Assembly: GCA_038087875.1 (NCBI GenBank)
Contig: CM075990.1
Location: forward strand, 14,696,001 to 14,760,000
Source: Malacoraja senta
Taxonomy: Eukaryota
Length of the DNA stretch: 64,000 bases
Direction of reading: 5' to 3'
Below the pieces are notes generated by a model. The model was not told where the DNA came from, searched no databases, and worked only from the letters and a program-made list of their open reading frames with translations. The translations under genes were made by a program, and so were the position numbers. Each line of letters opens with the position of its first letter. The stretch's first letter is position 1. Shown one piece after another: positions 22,430 through 34,702 of the stretch.

Positions 22430-23167
22430 TCCGACATTTTCGCCACCTCCAACGGAATCCCACTACTAGTCACATCTTCACATCTCCACCACTTTCTGCT
22501 TTCCGCAGAGACTGCTCCCTCCGCAACCCCCTGGTCAACTCTTCGCTTCCCACCTAAACCCCAGGTACTTTCCCCTGCAATCGCAGGACATGCAACACCT
22601 GTCTCTGTACTTCCCTCCTCGACTCCGTCCAAGGACCCCGGCAGTCTTTTCAGGTGAGGCAGATGTTTACTTGCACTTCCTCCAAGCTCATCTACTGAAT
22701 CCGCTGTTCCAGGTGTGGACTCCTGCAGGCTCTGCGATTGTTTTGCTGAACACCTCCGCTCAGTCCGCCTACACCTACCTGATCACCCAGTTGCTCAACA
22801 CTTTAACTCCCCCTCCCATTCCCACACTGACCTTTCTATCCTGGGCCTCCTCCATTATCAGAGTGAGGCCCAGAACAAGTTGGAGGAATTGCACCTCATA
22901 TTTTGCTTGGGTAGCTTACACCCCAGCGGTATGAATATTGACTTCTCTAACTTCAAGTAGCCCTTGCTTTCCCTCTCTCTCTCCATCCTCTCCCCCTTCC
23001 CAGTTTTCCGACCAATCTTTCTGTCTCTGATTAACTTTTATTTCTGTACCGCCCACTCCCATGACATCAGTCTGAAGAAGGGTCTCGACCCAAACCATCA
23101 CCCATTCCTTCTCGCCAGAGATGCTGCCTGTCCCGCTGAGTTACTCCAGCATTTTGTGTCCATCTTC
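22430..23167 (+). mobile_element. Penelope-like retroelement 3' part: disrupted GIY-YIG endonuclease plus 3' UTR
   Basis: AFRRDCSLRNPLV, PGTFPCNRRTCNTC, FTCTSSKLIY*IRCSRC, FAEHLRSVR...PVAQHFNSPSH...LIFCLGSLHPSGMNIDFSNFK* (stop 22960). The YIG segment appears deleted. A mutated hammerhead-like core lies at about 23090. Confidence 0.85.
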
Positions 23168-23914
23168 TACTCAAATTCTTGGTCGGCATGTGGCTCGTGT
23201 GTTTATAACCAATACTTTTGAAGTGCAGTCACCATTGTTACATTAGCAAGGTTATGTAGGTAGTTCTGTACCATCAACCTCACACAAAAAAAAATATGAG
23301 GTGACTTCCCAGTTGGGCTACTTTCAGTGGCATCAGTGGGGGAGCAGTTGCCCAGATGTTTGGACAAACCCTTTACATCTTTAAAGTAGGTGTACTCAAA
23401 GAGATATTTAACCTCCCAACAATAGGAGCTGGTGTTGACAATATACTACATTCTCTGCATTGTATCTTCAGTCTTTCTGAGTTTCAAACTACATCCTTTG
23501 CCTCAGACAAGAGGGTGTTAAAGATTATTACTGCTGAAAGATATTTAAATATGTTTACATTAAGTTCAAGACTCTCAATAAAGGAATGAATTTGGGGTTA
23601 GTGTTCATTTTTTTTGCATCCATCTTTCTCCGGGTCTTCATTTATTTTAAAACAAGACCCCTTGTTTTAAAATAAATGAAGTCATGTTGCCAGCAAAATT
23701 CTGAAAATGTATGTTTAAATCAAATGTACTGATGAAATATGCTTGCCTAGATTGTTGAGATGATCACTATCAATTAATAGCCTAAAACCACCTTTTCTTT
23801 TTGATACCGCACAAGCGGTTTATTTACCGGTAATTTTATAGAGATTTTTTGGATCAAAAATATGGTTTGCTGAAAATGTCCGAGCAATGTTGAAATTAAT
23901 AACCCATGCTATCT

Positions 23915-24075
23915 GTGTAGGAAGGAATTGCAGATGCTTGTTTACACAGAAGATGTTCACAAAATGCTGGAGTAACTCAGCAGGTTTGGCAGCATCTCTG
24001 GACAGGAGGAATATCCTTCTATACAGAGATGCTGACTGCCCCACTGAGTTACTCCAGCGTTTTGTGTCTATCTTT
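23915..24075. mobile_element. Penelope-derived hairpin element, centre deleted
   Basis: Inverted arms; degenerate TSD cccatgctatctgt / cccataccatctgt. Confidence 0.7.
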
Positions 24076-24539
24076 AGCCCATACCATCTGTTGCACCCAA
24101 TACTACACTGTGCAATGTACATTACTCAACATTGTCTTCGTTGACCTAACCGACTTGAATTGACACAGCACATAAAACGGAGCATCATCACAACAGAAAA
24201 GAAGGTGCAGTGAGAGGTCAGGATGATATAGCTACACACACATATTCCATTGCAACAACATGATTACAGGTATTATAGAAGTTTTACAATTATAAAAGAA
24301 TGGTGTAAGGTTGACGGTAATAGATTTTTTTTGTGCAGTTGAGAACTGAGGCTCATCTATGCAAGATAAAATGCAAACCATGGAAGAAATTCAGAAAGTG
24401 GAGCCAAAGTTTTTCTTGTGAGACTTGTTAAGTTCAAGTGAGTTTATTGTCATGTGTCCCTGATAGGACAATGAAATTCTTGATTAAACTTGTTGATTAA
24501 CTGAAACGCATTGGGCTTTGCGGACATTCTATTAACTGA

Positions 24540-25720
24540 ATGTGCATACCATACTTGCTGAGGTTGCATTTGGAGTATTGTGTTCAGTTTTGGTCACCCT
24601 ATAACAGGAAAATGTTGTTGAGCTGGAAAGAGTGCAGAGAAGATCTACAAGAATGTTGCCAGGATTTGAGGTCCTGAGCCATATGGAACGGATGGGTAGG
24701 CGACGACTTTATTCCTTGAAGGAGGATGAAGGGTGACCATATAGAGGTGTATATATAGATAGTAAGTAGTTTTTACACTGTTATTGTGGAGTATCGGTAT
24801 TGAGAGGGCTCTGGGGATTGTTGTAGAGCAGATAGATCTAGGGGTGCAGATACTGTACCTAGTTCACTGAAAATGGTGTCACAGGTAGATAGGCTGGTCA
24901 AGAAGGCTTTTGGTACATTGCCCTTCATCAGTCAGGGCACTGAGCATAGAAGTTGGGATGTTCTCATACAGTTGTGCAAGACGTCGATGAGGCCACATTT
25001 GGAGTAATGTCTTCCGTTTTGGTCACCCCTGCTAAAGGAAGGATTTTGTCGAGCTGGAAAGAGTGCAAAGATAGACAATAGACAATAGGTGCAGGAGTAG
25101 GCCATTCGGCCCTTTGAGCCAGCACCGCCATTCAATGTGATCATGGCTGATCATCCCCAATCAGTACCCCCATTCCTGCCTCCTCCCCATATCCCCTGAC
25201 TCCGCTGTCTTTAAGAGCCCTATCTAGCTCTCTCTTGAAAGTATCCAGAGAACCGGCCTCCACCGCCCTCTGAGGCAGAGAAATTCCACTGATTTACAAT
25301 CATGTTGCCTGGGACTTGAGAGTCTGAGCTTGAGGGAGAGGTTGGGCAGGCTAGGACTTACATTCTTGGAGTGCAGGAGGTTGAGGGGTAATCTTATTGA
25401 GATGTATAAAATAATGAGGGGAATAGAATAGGTTGAATGCACCAGGTCTTTTTACCCAGAATAGGGGAATCAAGATCCATAGGCCAATTGTTTAATGTGA
25501 GAGGGGAAAAGATTTAATGGGAACCTGTGGGGCAATATTTTTTCCCCACAGACACTGGTGGGTACATGGAATAAGCTGCCAGAGGAGGTAGTTGAGGTAG
25601 GTACAATAACAGTATTTAAAAGACATTTTGGGCAGGTACATGGATAGTAAAGGTTCAGAGGGATATAGGTGTAGATATAGGTTTGGCATGGACATGTTGG
25701 TCCGACTGGCCTGTTTCTGT
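24540..25720. mobile_element. Cluster of nested CR1 LINE fragments on both strands
   Basis: Plus-strand fragments (cacatttggagta...tcagttttggtcaccc...ctggaaagagtgcag) are split by a minus-strand CR1 3' end at about 25070-25290 with an (ATTGTCT)n tail. Confidence 0.75.
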
Positions 25721-27005
25721 TTTAGTGTGTGAGTCTGACTCGGATGTGGTAACGGTTACCCCATAAACTTGTCAGGCAAAATACCATTTGGCTTGCTGAG
25801 AAGCCAGCTTGCTGAGAAGCCAGCTCCGTTGCACAAACTCTTTAGAAGCAGGTTGACGATTAACTGTTGCTGTTATTTCAACACTCACCCAGGGTTTTGA
25901 TTGCGAAAGTGAAGTCATCGCACAATCATAATGGAGGATTGAATATGGGGAAACGTGGCAATAAAAGCTTGGTGTATAGTTTAGTTTACAGTGAAAAGCT
26001 TTTGTTGCATGCTATCCAGTTAGCGGAAAAACAATACATGATTACAATAGAGCCGTTTATAGTGTATCGATACATGATGAGAGAATAATGTTTAGTGCAA
26101 GGTAAAGCCAGCAAAGTCCGATCAAGGATAGTTTGTCGAGGGTCACCAATGAGGTAGATAGTAGTTCAGGACTGCTCTTCAACTGTGATTGGGAACAGGT
26201 TTCTTTCACAACATTTTGCTAACTTACTCCATCTTGCTGGGATTAGTATTGTCTGTGTAACTTTAGATTGGAGAACAAATCCTATCAGCAGCTGGCCACG
26301 GCTTTGTAACTGGAGCGGAGGCCACCCGTGAGCTACAGTTCTGGGAGACGGTCAGTAACTGGGTTCCTTGTCAGCTGTGATCACCGGTGCCTCGGATGTT
26401 GCAGGAAGACATGACACACAACTGCATCTGACAGTCTGAAGAAGAGTTCCGGCCTAAATCATCATCGCCTGTTCATTCCCTCCACAGATGCTGCCTGACC
26501 CGTTGAGTTCCTCCAGCACTCAGTGTCTGGATCTGACAATGGTTTGCCACCAGCTGGGACAACTGGCCACTTGTTATTTGTGGCTGCCATAAGCTTCCCG
26601 CCCCCCTCCGCCCCAATCTCAAAGCCTTCATGTATTAGATCCTTCCAGGGCTTTGCTTCCAGCATCAACATCTTGTGCACAAGTGCATCAAAGAGGCCAC
26701 TTAGGGCGTGTGTGCCAGAACAGATAATTGTCATCTTTGTCTGCACTGATGCTGGTCAAAATATTGAGCTAGTGGCTGGCTAGGCAGTTCTGGCTGGAGG
26801 TTTACAGTGAAAGGTGTAACCAGCTGCATCTACATTGGCATCCAAACGTTCCCAGATCAAACGGGCATGATCGCTGGGAGAGGGGAAAGTGAGCAATGAA
26901 CCTTTTCACAGGCCTTCTCCCCTTACCTGTTCATGACTGAGTTACTCCTCAGTGCCACCACAGCGCAGGACCTCCTTGTGTAGCCAAGATCCATGAGCAT
27001 AGTTA

Positions 27006-27580
27006 AGGGCCTGTCCCACTTGGACTAATCCACGAGTTTAGAAGACCCTAGACGAGTTGAAAAAATGTCAATGTCGTGTTGACTTGCCGAAGTAAAAGAC
27101 CTCCTACGACCTCCTACGACTATGTCTACGACCTCCTACGACTATGTCGATGACCTCCTACGACCCCCCTTGACCTCAGTCTTCCACACCTAAGACCAAC
27201 TACGACTAGCTACGAGTGGAAAATGATCAGATGATAAAATGATGTCATGTCTGCATTTTTTTTCTTGGGCCAGTTACCGACCTACGACTACCTACGACTA
27301 TCTACGACTACCTACGACTACCATCAAGACCTACTACGACATACCTACGACTTACCTCCATGCCGACTTTTTTTTACTCGTGGACATTTTTATCAGGCTG
27401 GAAAAAACGCCGCGACCTACTTGAGGCCACGAGTACGCGGAGACCACTCACGAGCATGAGGAAGAGTTACAAAGACCTCCTACGACCTCCTACAACCCCG
27501 TGGTGAACATGCTGCGAGTATGAGTCAAGGGCAAACTCGGCAGAGGTCGCCAATTAGGTCGTGAAAGTGGGACAGGGGCT
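27006..27580. mobile_element. PIF/Harbinger-type MITE (TIR AGGGCCTGTCCCACTT, TSD TTA) with internal GACCTCCTAC/CTACGA repeats
   Basis: TTA|AGGGCCTGTCCCACTT...AAGTGGGACAGGGGCT|TTA (TSD 27003-27005 and 27581-27583). Confidence 0.8.
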
Positions 27581-28162
27581 TTAAGGAATTGGATGTAACT
27601 CCATGCTGGGGCTGAGGGTGTCAGTTGAGTTGGACAATCAATCGTGTTGGCTACTTTTTGCACAGTAGAAGTCAATTCCAAATCCTGCAACATCCTTTGC
27701 CTTAGTTGAAGTTTACTCCTTCAACCTTTCTGCCATCTGTCGAGTGTTCTGCGAAGGCATTTACAGTAAGTGATGCTGCTCAATGGTCCTCTTTGTTGAT
27801 GAGGGAACTGTAAATTCAATGAAGCAAAACATGGAGAGGAGTGAGCCCATCCGCACACACATTCAGCAGCTTTCTTTGATTGTGAGTTGTGAGACATGGG
27901 TGAAAGAAAGGGGATCTGTATTTAGATGGTGCCTTTCAAACTTTTTCAAAATATCCTCAAGGGCTTCACAGCAAACCGAGTGGTTTTTAAATGTAGTTAA
28001 TATTGAAACTAAGGAAACAGAACAGCCAAATTGTGTGCAGCAAGATCCCACAAATGGGAATATGTTATCTGTGTGATAATTAATTTTTGTAATGTTGGAA
28101 TCTGTAAGAAAATCTGAATGAATAAATGAATAATGTCACATGTACAGTGAAAAGTGTTTATA

Positions 28163-28561
28163 CATCGCTGGCGGTCACTCGAACGAGTATGTCCTCTCCT
28201 CTCTATAGGGTCGAGGACGCCTGTGCGTGACTTTGTTTAACGTGCACAGACAGCCACCACACGGTCCTTGGCCGATCTGGGTCAGGATCCAGTGGCATGG
28301 AGTCCAAGATGACCAGGGACCCTTTTCTGCTGCAGCCTTCATCCGCCTTCCCAGCCGTTGTGACGCTCCACTAAAGTCAGCCATCGTCCTGCACCTGTTC
28401 CACCGTTGAGGTTTTGGTTGGATTGCTCTTTGTCAGAGACCTCCCCCTCGACTGTACCGCCATGGATGGCCCTACCAGGAGCATAGCTCCAGACGACATC
28501 GTTCTCAGGATCACAGGACCACACAAGCTTCTCCACCACGACAAGGTGACAATCCATGGAG
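28163..28561 (-). mobile_element. RTE-derived short (bipartite) non-autonomous retroposon
   Basis: Minus-strand 5' end GGATTGTCACCTTGTCGTGGTGGAGAAGCTTG...GAGGTCTCTGACAAAGAGCAATCC resembles RTE/Bov-B-type 5' UTRs. No ORF. Confidence 0.6.
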
Positions 28562-28724
28562 ATGTTTTTGTATACAACCCTGGCAGTACACAAGTATTAC
28601 CATGCAGCAGGCTTCCCCAGTTCCCCCTTTGGTCTCAACGGACGGCCCAACACCAGATCCCCTTAGATCCTCCATGCCGGGTCCCCTCTTTGGTCTAGAT
28701 CTAAATCTTCATCTAAATCTAGAT

Positions 28725-28951
28725 CAAGGGTTCCCATCCTTGGATAAATTTACCCCCAGGGGTAAATTTCCCAGGGGGTAAATTTGTTGATTCTGGATTT
28801 GTACATATTTTTTCTCATTGACTGACTGTGTTTGGTTCTGGTATACCCGCATCTGTTCATCATTAGTTGTTCATAAATAAGTGAAATAACATTGTTATGT
28901 GCCATTAAAGTTGCCTGGGGTAAACGGGACAAAAAAGGCTGGGAACCCCTG
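28725..28951. mobile_element. hAT (Charlie-type) MITE
   Basis: TIRs CAAGGGTTCCCATCCTT / AAGGCTGGGAACCCCTG. 8-bp TSD ATCTAGAT (28717-28724) / ATCTAGAG (28952-28959) fits the NTCTAGAN target preference. Confidence 0.85.
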
Positions 28952-30099
28952 ATCTAGAGGAAGGGTCTCGACCTAAAATGTCAACTGTCCCTTCCCCTCC
29001 ACAGATGCTGCCTGATCTGCTGAGTTCCTCCAGTTGCTCTTCATTCTTTTGTCCCGTGGTATTTATTCCACAGAAGAAGGGATTTTTGTGACCTACCAGA
29101 TCGTTCTCCAATGTGCAGTGTTCTTTAATCTACCTTCAGCTTTGGTGCATCTATGTTGAATGTTTCATTTCGCCAGATATTTTCACTGTATCTCGGTACA
29201 CGTGACAATAAACTAAACTAAATTATTAGGTTATCTCACGATTCTCTTCTGCACTGATCGGTGAAGCCAATATGTTCTGGTACCTGCAATAACGCTTTAG
29301 AATTATGGGGATTAAGCCCACATTCAGCAATAATCATTTATTAATAAATGCCCTTTTTTTCCTCCCCTTATTATATTTAAGATACCAACAGGTAGATAAC
29401 ACTTGAAATATCAGATCAGATTCCTCCAGAGCTGAGGTGCAGGTTAAGCATGATTTAACTTGATCTTACTGCCTGCGTAGAACTGCTGGAAGCTCTCCTG
29501 CTCTTGGTGACAAACCTCTATTTTGGAGCCAGCTTGATCCAGTGGTTTTAGACAGGCCATTGATTTGGTGATGTGCAGCTGGCTTGAAGCATGCAGTCAG
29601 AAACTCTGGGCATCAAAGTACGGGAAGCTCTGCCCCTTTTTACCAGCCTGAGGCATGGTTTCAGCTGGCAGCTATCATTCAAAGCCATTACATATAGCTG
29701 TCAGCAGTCTTAAATAATTGGATGGTATAGCTTCATTCGAGGATCTGAGCCAAGTTGTTTGAATAACTTGCGATGGTTGGTGATTAACATGTTGTCCAGC
29801 TGGTTATTAAGGATACCATTCAACACCTTGATGCTATTGATTCTGCTTTCATTTGACACAAATATGCTCAGGAAATATCCCTGGTGGATATTGATTACTG
29901 AAAGCCTGACATTATATTCCTCTATTTTTTCAGAAACATCCTACAGAAACCAGTATTAACTCGGCATAATATAGTAGACGACGTGGAAGGGATAATATTA
30001 GTCCAGTTCAACTAGGATGAAGGACTTCATAGAGACAAGAAACTGTAGTTGCTGGAATTGGGAGAAAAAAAACTGCTGTAGGAATTCTGCTTTGGATTT

Positions 30100-30630
30100 A
30101 TTATTATCATGTTTACTGAGATACAGTAAATGTAAATGAAATACTGAAAATGGGGTACTGATTGTGGATGATCAGCCATGATCACATTGAATGGCGGTGC
30201 TGGCTCGAAGGGGCGAATGGCCTACTCCAGCACCTATTGTCTATTGTCTATTGAAAAGCTTTGTATTGCATGTGATCCAATCAGATAATACTCTGCCAAA
30301 CTCGGGTACATCAGATAGAGTGGAGAGAAAGGTACAGAATAGAGTTCTCAGCATTATAGTACACCAGTTCCAGAGGCAGAGTCCACAATGGGGCAGAGGT
30401 GAATGGAACAGTACCCGAGCTTATGGAAGGACCATTCAGAAGCTTGATAGCAGAGGGGAAGATGCTGTTCCAGAGTCTGGTGGTGCATGCCTTTAAACTT
30501 CTCTATTTCCTGTCCGAAGGGAGCAGAGAGAACGAGGAATGATGAGGTGGGACGTCTTTGATTGTGTTGGCTGCTTTTCAGTAGCAGTGTTAAGTGTAGA
30601 TAGTGGAGGTGGAGTCAGTGGTGGGGAGTC
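30100..30630. mobile_element. Rex1/Babar 3' fragment (minus) with a nested CR1 tail (plus, about 30150-30252)
   Basis: tgagatacagt...gaaaagctttgtattgcatg...gaagatgctgttcc, interrupted by ggggtactgattg...(ctattgt)n. Confidence 0.6.
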
Positions 30631-31139
30631 TGTCCGCTCAGTGGATCTATGGGGAGAGAGGATCCCTCCCTCCCCCACCACTGATGCTGCTCGACCAGCT
30701 GAGTTTCTCCAGTAGTTTGTATTTTGTCTTTGTAAATTAGTAGTTTGTTAGCTGGAGCTATCCGATAAATCCCTGCCAAAACTAATGCAAATAACAGAAA
30801 ACCAAATATTTGGAAAATACAAGAAATGATGTGGGGATGTCCAATTCAATTTCTCTGTAGAAGCTAAGCATGAAAGGAAGAAATATCTAAAATGGGAAGT
30901 GTGCTAGTATCTTGGTCTGCTGTTTATTGAAAAACTAGGAAGTAAACATGCAAGGACATCAAGCAATGAAGAAGAAAATTATAGATTGGACTTTATTACC
31001 AAGGCAAATTCCTTGTATGTGAATACTTGGACAATAAACTTACTTACTTACTTACTTATAATGGTTTGGAATATATAATGAAGTCTTGTTGCATTTGTTG
31101 CACGGCTTTTGTAAGTTTGACATAAAAGCACAAGGTGTA

Positions 31140-31935
31140 GTTTTATTTTGGACATGATACAGCATGGGAATAGTCCACATACCAAGTCCACATCGACCAT
31201 CGACCGATCACCTGTTCACGCTATTTCTTTGTTATCCCACTTTCTCATTCATTGCTCTCACATTAGGGGCAACTTTACAGAAGCCAATTAACTGAAAAGG
31301 TGCAGAAAAGATTTACAAGGATGTTGCCAGGACTCGAGAGCCTGAGCTACTGAGCTATAAAGAGAGGTTGAGCAGGTTAGGATTTTATTCCCTGGAGCAT
31401 AGGAGGTTGAGGGGTGATCTTACAGAGGTGTATACGATCATGAGAGGAATAGATAGGGTAAATTGGACAGTCTTTTACCCAGAGTTGGGGAATCAAAAAC
31501 CAGAGGACATAGGTTTAACGTGCGAGGGAAAGATTTAATAGGAACATGAGGGACATTTTTTTACATGAAGGGTAAATAGAATGAGTTACCAGAAGAGGTA
31601 GTTGAGATTGGTACTATCACAATGTTTAAAAAAACCCATGACTGGTACATGGATAGGGTGACTATGGAGGGATATGGGCTAAATGCAGGCAGATGGGACT
31701 AGTGTGGAAATGTTGTTGGCATTGGCAAGTTGGGGTGCAGGGGCTGTTTCCACAATTTATGACTCTAGAACTAATTAACCAACAATTCCACACGTCTTGG
31801 GGAAGGGAAAAGAGAGCACATCGAAGAAACCAACATGGTCACAGGGAGAATGAGCAAACTCCACACAGACAGCACTTGAGGTCAGGATTGAACTCTGGTC
31901 TCTGGCGCTGTGAGACAGCAGCTCCACAGCCACCC
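31140..31935. mobile_element. HE1-like SINE (minus) split by a CR1 3' fragment (plus, about 31293-31770)
   Basis: The SINE breaks at aagccaattaac and resumes at ctaattaacc; CR1 sequence lies between. Confidence 0.7.
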
Positions 31936-32544
31936 AAATGTTGAAAACACTCTTCAGGTAGCACCTCGAGGAAAGAGAAGCCTTGGTATTTGTCCTAGTA
32001 TGAAAAATAGAAAATCCTGGAAATACTCAGCAGGTGAGAACTAAAAAGGAAACGCAATATCTTGTCGAGTTGCAGAGAGGAAGGGGCTTGGGGCAAGTCT
32101 CTGGTAGCTTGAAACCAGTGTGATTATGGGGCGGGGGGGTGGGGGGGGGGGGAAGCTGTAAACAATGTTGTTTGGTTAATGAGTGAATAGGAGCAGTAGG
32201 GTCAGGGCCAGACAAAAGAACCTCGAGAAAAGAATGTGGAAGTTTCAAAACTCAGAGCAGGAGAAAAAGCTCAGCAGATCGGTCTGAGTACGCCCTCCGC
32301 TCCCAGCGAGAAGTATAAGTGACAAAACAATAAGTACAAGCTGAGCTAATATTACAGGCATCATCCATCTCAGTCAACGGTTGACTTGAAGGACAGGATC
32401 AGACACGATCACTCGGAATGGTGAACCTGACGTGAGGAGCTTTTTTTTTTTGTACTCCTGTGGAATTCGAAGAAAAACACTGCAGCTAATTCAATTGTGC
32501 AGGGGCATACTCAAGGATGCACTCCCTTCTCCCCCCCCCCCCCC

Positions 32545-32882
32545 TCCCTCCCATCAGGCAAGAGGTACAGAAGTGTGAAAACGCACACCTCCAGATTCTG
32601 GGACCGTTTCTTCACAGCTGCTATCAGGCGAGGTAACTGAACCATCCTGTCCACAAGTGAGCAGTCCTAACCTACCATCTACCTGATTGGAGACCTTTGG
32701 ACTTTATTCGGACTTTACTGCACCTTATCTCGCACAAAACGTTTCCCCCTTTATCGTGTATCTGTACACTGTGGAGGGCTTGATTGTAATCATGTATATG
32801 GTTCAATAGTCTTTCCGCTGACTGGATAGCGTGCAACAAAAAAGCTTTCCACTGTTCTTTCGTGCACGTGACAATAAACTAT
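32545..32882 (+). mobile_element. Rex1/Babar LINE 3' end
   Basis: ccatcaggcaagaggtacagaagtgtgaaaacgcacacctccagattc...gtgacaataaact. Confidence 0.75.
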
Positions 32883-32984
32883 TCTAATGTAAGCAAAGCA
32901 GCAGTCCCTTTGTGAACATCATGATGGGTAAACAACAAGAGATAAGCAAAGTAAAAACCATTTTAATCAATGTTCTTTTTAAAA

Positions 32985-33458
32985 TATTAGCCAAGACATC
33001 TCAGAGCTCTTCCTTTGAACAGTCACGTAATATATATTGTATCCACCTCAAGAGGTAAATATAGTCGCAGTTTACTTTTTTTGTTTACGAGATGGTGCGT
33101 CTTTGTCATTGAAACATTCCCTCGTTGTTATATTGAAGAGTTGATAGGTTATGGGTTCAGGTCTCAAGCAGAACTGGCAATCATCTGATTTGGTTGAGTA
33201 CTAAAGGGCCTGTCCCACTTGGCGATTTTTTTCGGCGAATGCCGGCGTCATATCAGTGTCGCCAAAAGATTTTAAACATTTCAAAATCCAGCGGTGACGA
33301 AAAAAAATGTTGCGACACCTTGAAAGAACACCGCGCATCATACGTCGTCACCGGCGCGTCACGCCGCAAATTTTTCGGTGACCTGATACGTCAGTCTATG
33401 ATGCCGGCAGTCGCCGAGAAAATCGGCAAGTGGGACAGGCCGTTAACACTGAGTCAAA
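32985..33458 (-). mobile_element. Ancient, highly diverged Deu-domain-like SINE, interrupted by a MITE
   Basis: atccacctcaagagg...gagatggtgcgtctttgtcattgaaacattccctc...gagtac[TAA]cactgagtca resembles the reverse complement of shark DeuSINE heads as I recall them. Confidence 0.4.
33205..33443. mobile_element. PIF/Harbinger-type MITE (same TIR as 27006-27580, TSD TAA), CpG-rich and largely palindromic
   Basis: TAA|AGGGCCTGTCCCACTT...AAGTGGGACAGGCCGT|TAA (TSD 33202-33204 and 33444-33446); subterminal inverted repeats. Confidence 0.85.
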
Positions 33459-34059
33459 CATGCACCTCATTCATAGCCTCCACAATTTTGGAGCTAGGTG
33501 TGTGTAACGATCTCACTGGAACTGATGGGGACCTTGTTAATGTGTGCAATGTAGTGCATGGGGATGCCCAGAGGACATGGCAGGTTTTCACAGGAAACGC
33601 GTGATGCCTTTGTTTGTCTTCATGGTGATACTCAACCTAGTCAGAAGGTTGACAATTCCACTTGAGGCCTGAACCCAGAACAAATTAATACTTCAATATA
33701 AAAGTGAATGTACACTGTCAGACAGGTCATCTCTCAAACAGGAATTTAAACTGTGGCAGCCCTGTTGACTCAGCCTTGCCGAAAGTGGAGAATACTAACA
33801 GTCCTTGGAAGAAGACGAATACAAAATCCCTACAGGGCAGTGTTCCAGAGAGAATTTTTCTCCGTCAAAAGGCACTCATTCCACATCTTTTTCTTTTTCT
33901 TTTTCTTTCTTTTTTTTTCTCGATATTTGTAATGCTTTTTTCTTTCTACCTCTCTTTTTCTATCTATATTTAAAAAAAACACTAGAAGCAGAATTAGTTG
34001 ACAATTGACAATTTTAATAATGTATGATTGATGTATATGAAAAGTTTTTTTTTCTATTA

Positions 34060-34702
34060 CATAGAAACATAGAAAATAGGTGCAGGAGTAGGCCATTCGG
34101 CCCTTCGAGCCTGCACCGCCATTCAATATGATCATGGCTGATCATCCAACTCAGTATCCCGTACCTGCCTTCTCTCCATACCCCCTGATCCCTTTAGCCA
34201 CAAGGTCCATATCTAACTCCCTCTTAAATATAGACAATGAACTGGCCTCAACTACCCTCTGTGGCAGAGAGTTCCAGAGATTCACCACTCTCTGTGTGAA
34301 AAAGTTTTTCCTCATCTCGGTCTTAAAGGATTTCCCCCTTATCCTTAAGCTGTGACCCCTTGTCCTGGACTTCCCCAACATCGGGAACAATCTTCCTGCA
34401 TCTAGCCTGTCCAACCCCATAAGAATTTTGTACGTTTCTATAAGATCCCCTCTCAATCTCCTAAATTCTAGCGAGTATAAGCCAAGTCTATCCAGTCTTT
34501 CTTCATATGAAAGTCCTGACATCCCAGGAATCAGTCTGGTGAACCTTCTCTGCACTCCCTCTATGGCTATAATGTCCTTCCTCAGATTTGGAGACCAAAA
34601 CTGTACGCAATACTCCAGGTGTGGTCTCACCAAGACCCTGTACAACTGCAGTAGAACCTCCCTGCTCCTATACTCAAATCCTCTTGCTATGAAGGCCAAC
34701 AT
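34060..34702 (-). mobile_element. Young CR1 (HER1-like) LINE 3' end with an open ORF2 C-terminus
   Basis: 183 aa uninterrupted: LYRVLVRPHLEYCVQFWSP...GVQRRFTRLIPG...RRLRGDLIETYKI...FFTQRVVNLWNSLP; (TTTCTATG)n tail. Confidence 0.95.

Noticed and set aside
25791..25826. Tandem duplication of GCTTGCTGAGAAGCCA
   Set aside because: A simple two-copy slippage duplication with no further structure.
27099..27495. Short repeats as a CRISPR-like array
   Set aside because: Units are 6-10 bp, irregular, without unique spacers, and lie inside a TIR/TSD-bounded MITE in a vertebrate intron.
33194..33604. 136-aa ORF
   Set aside because: It runs through a non-coding MITE and its flank, with no recognisable protein.
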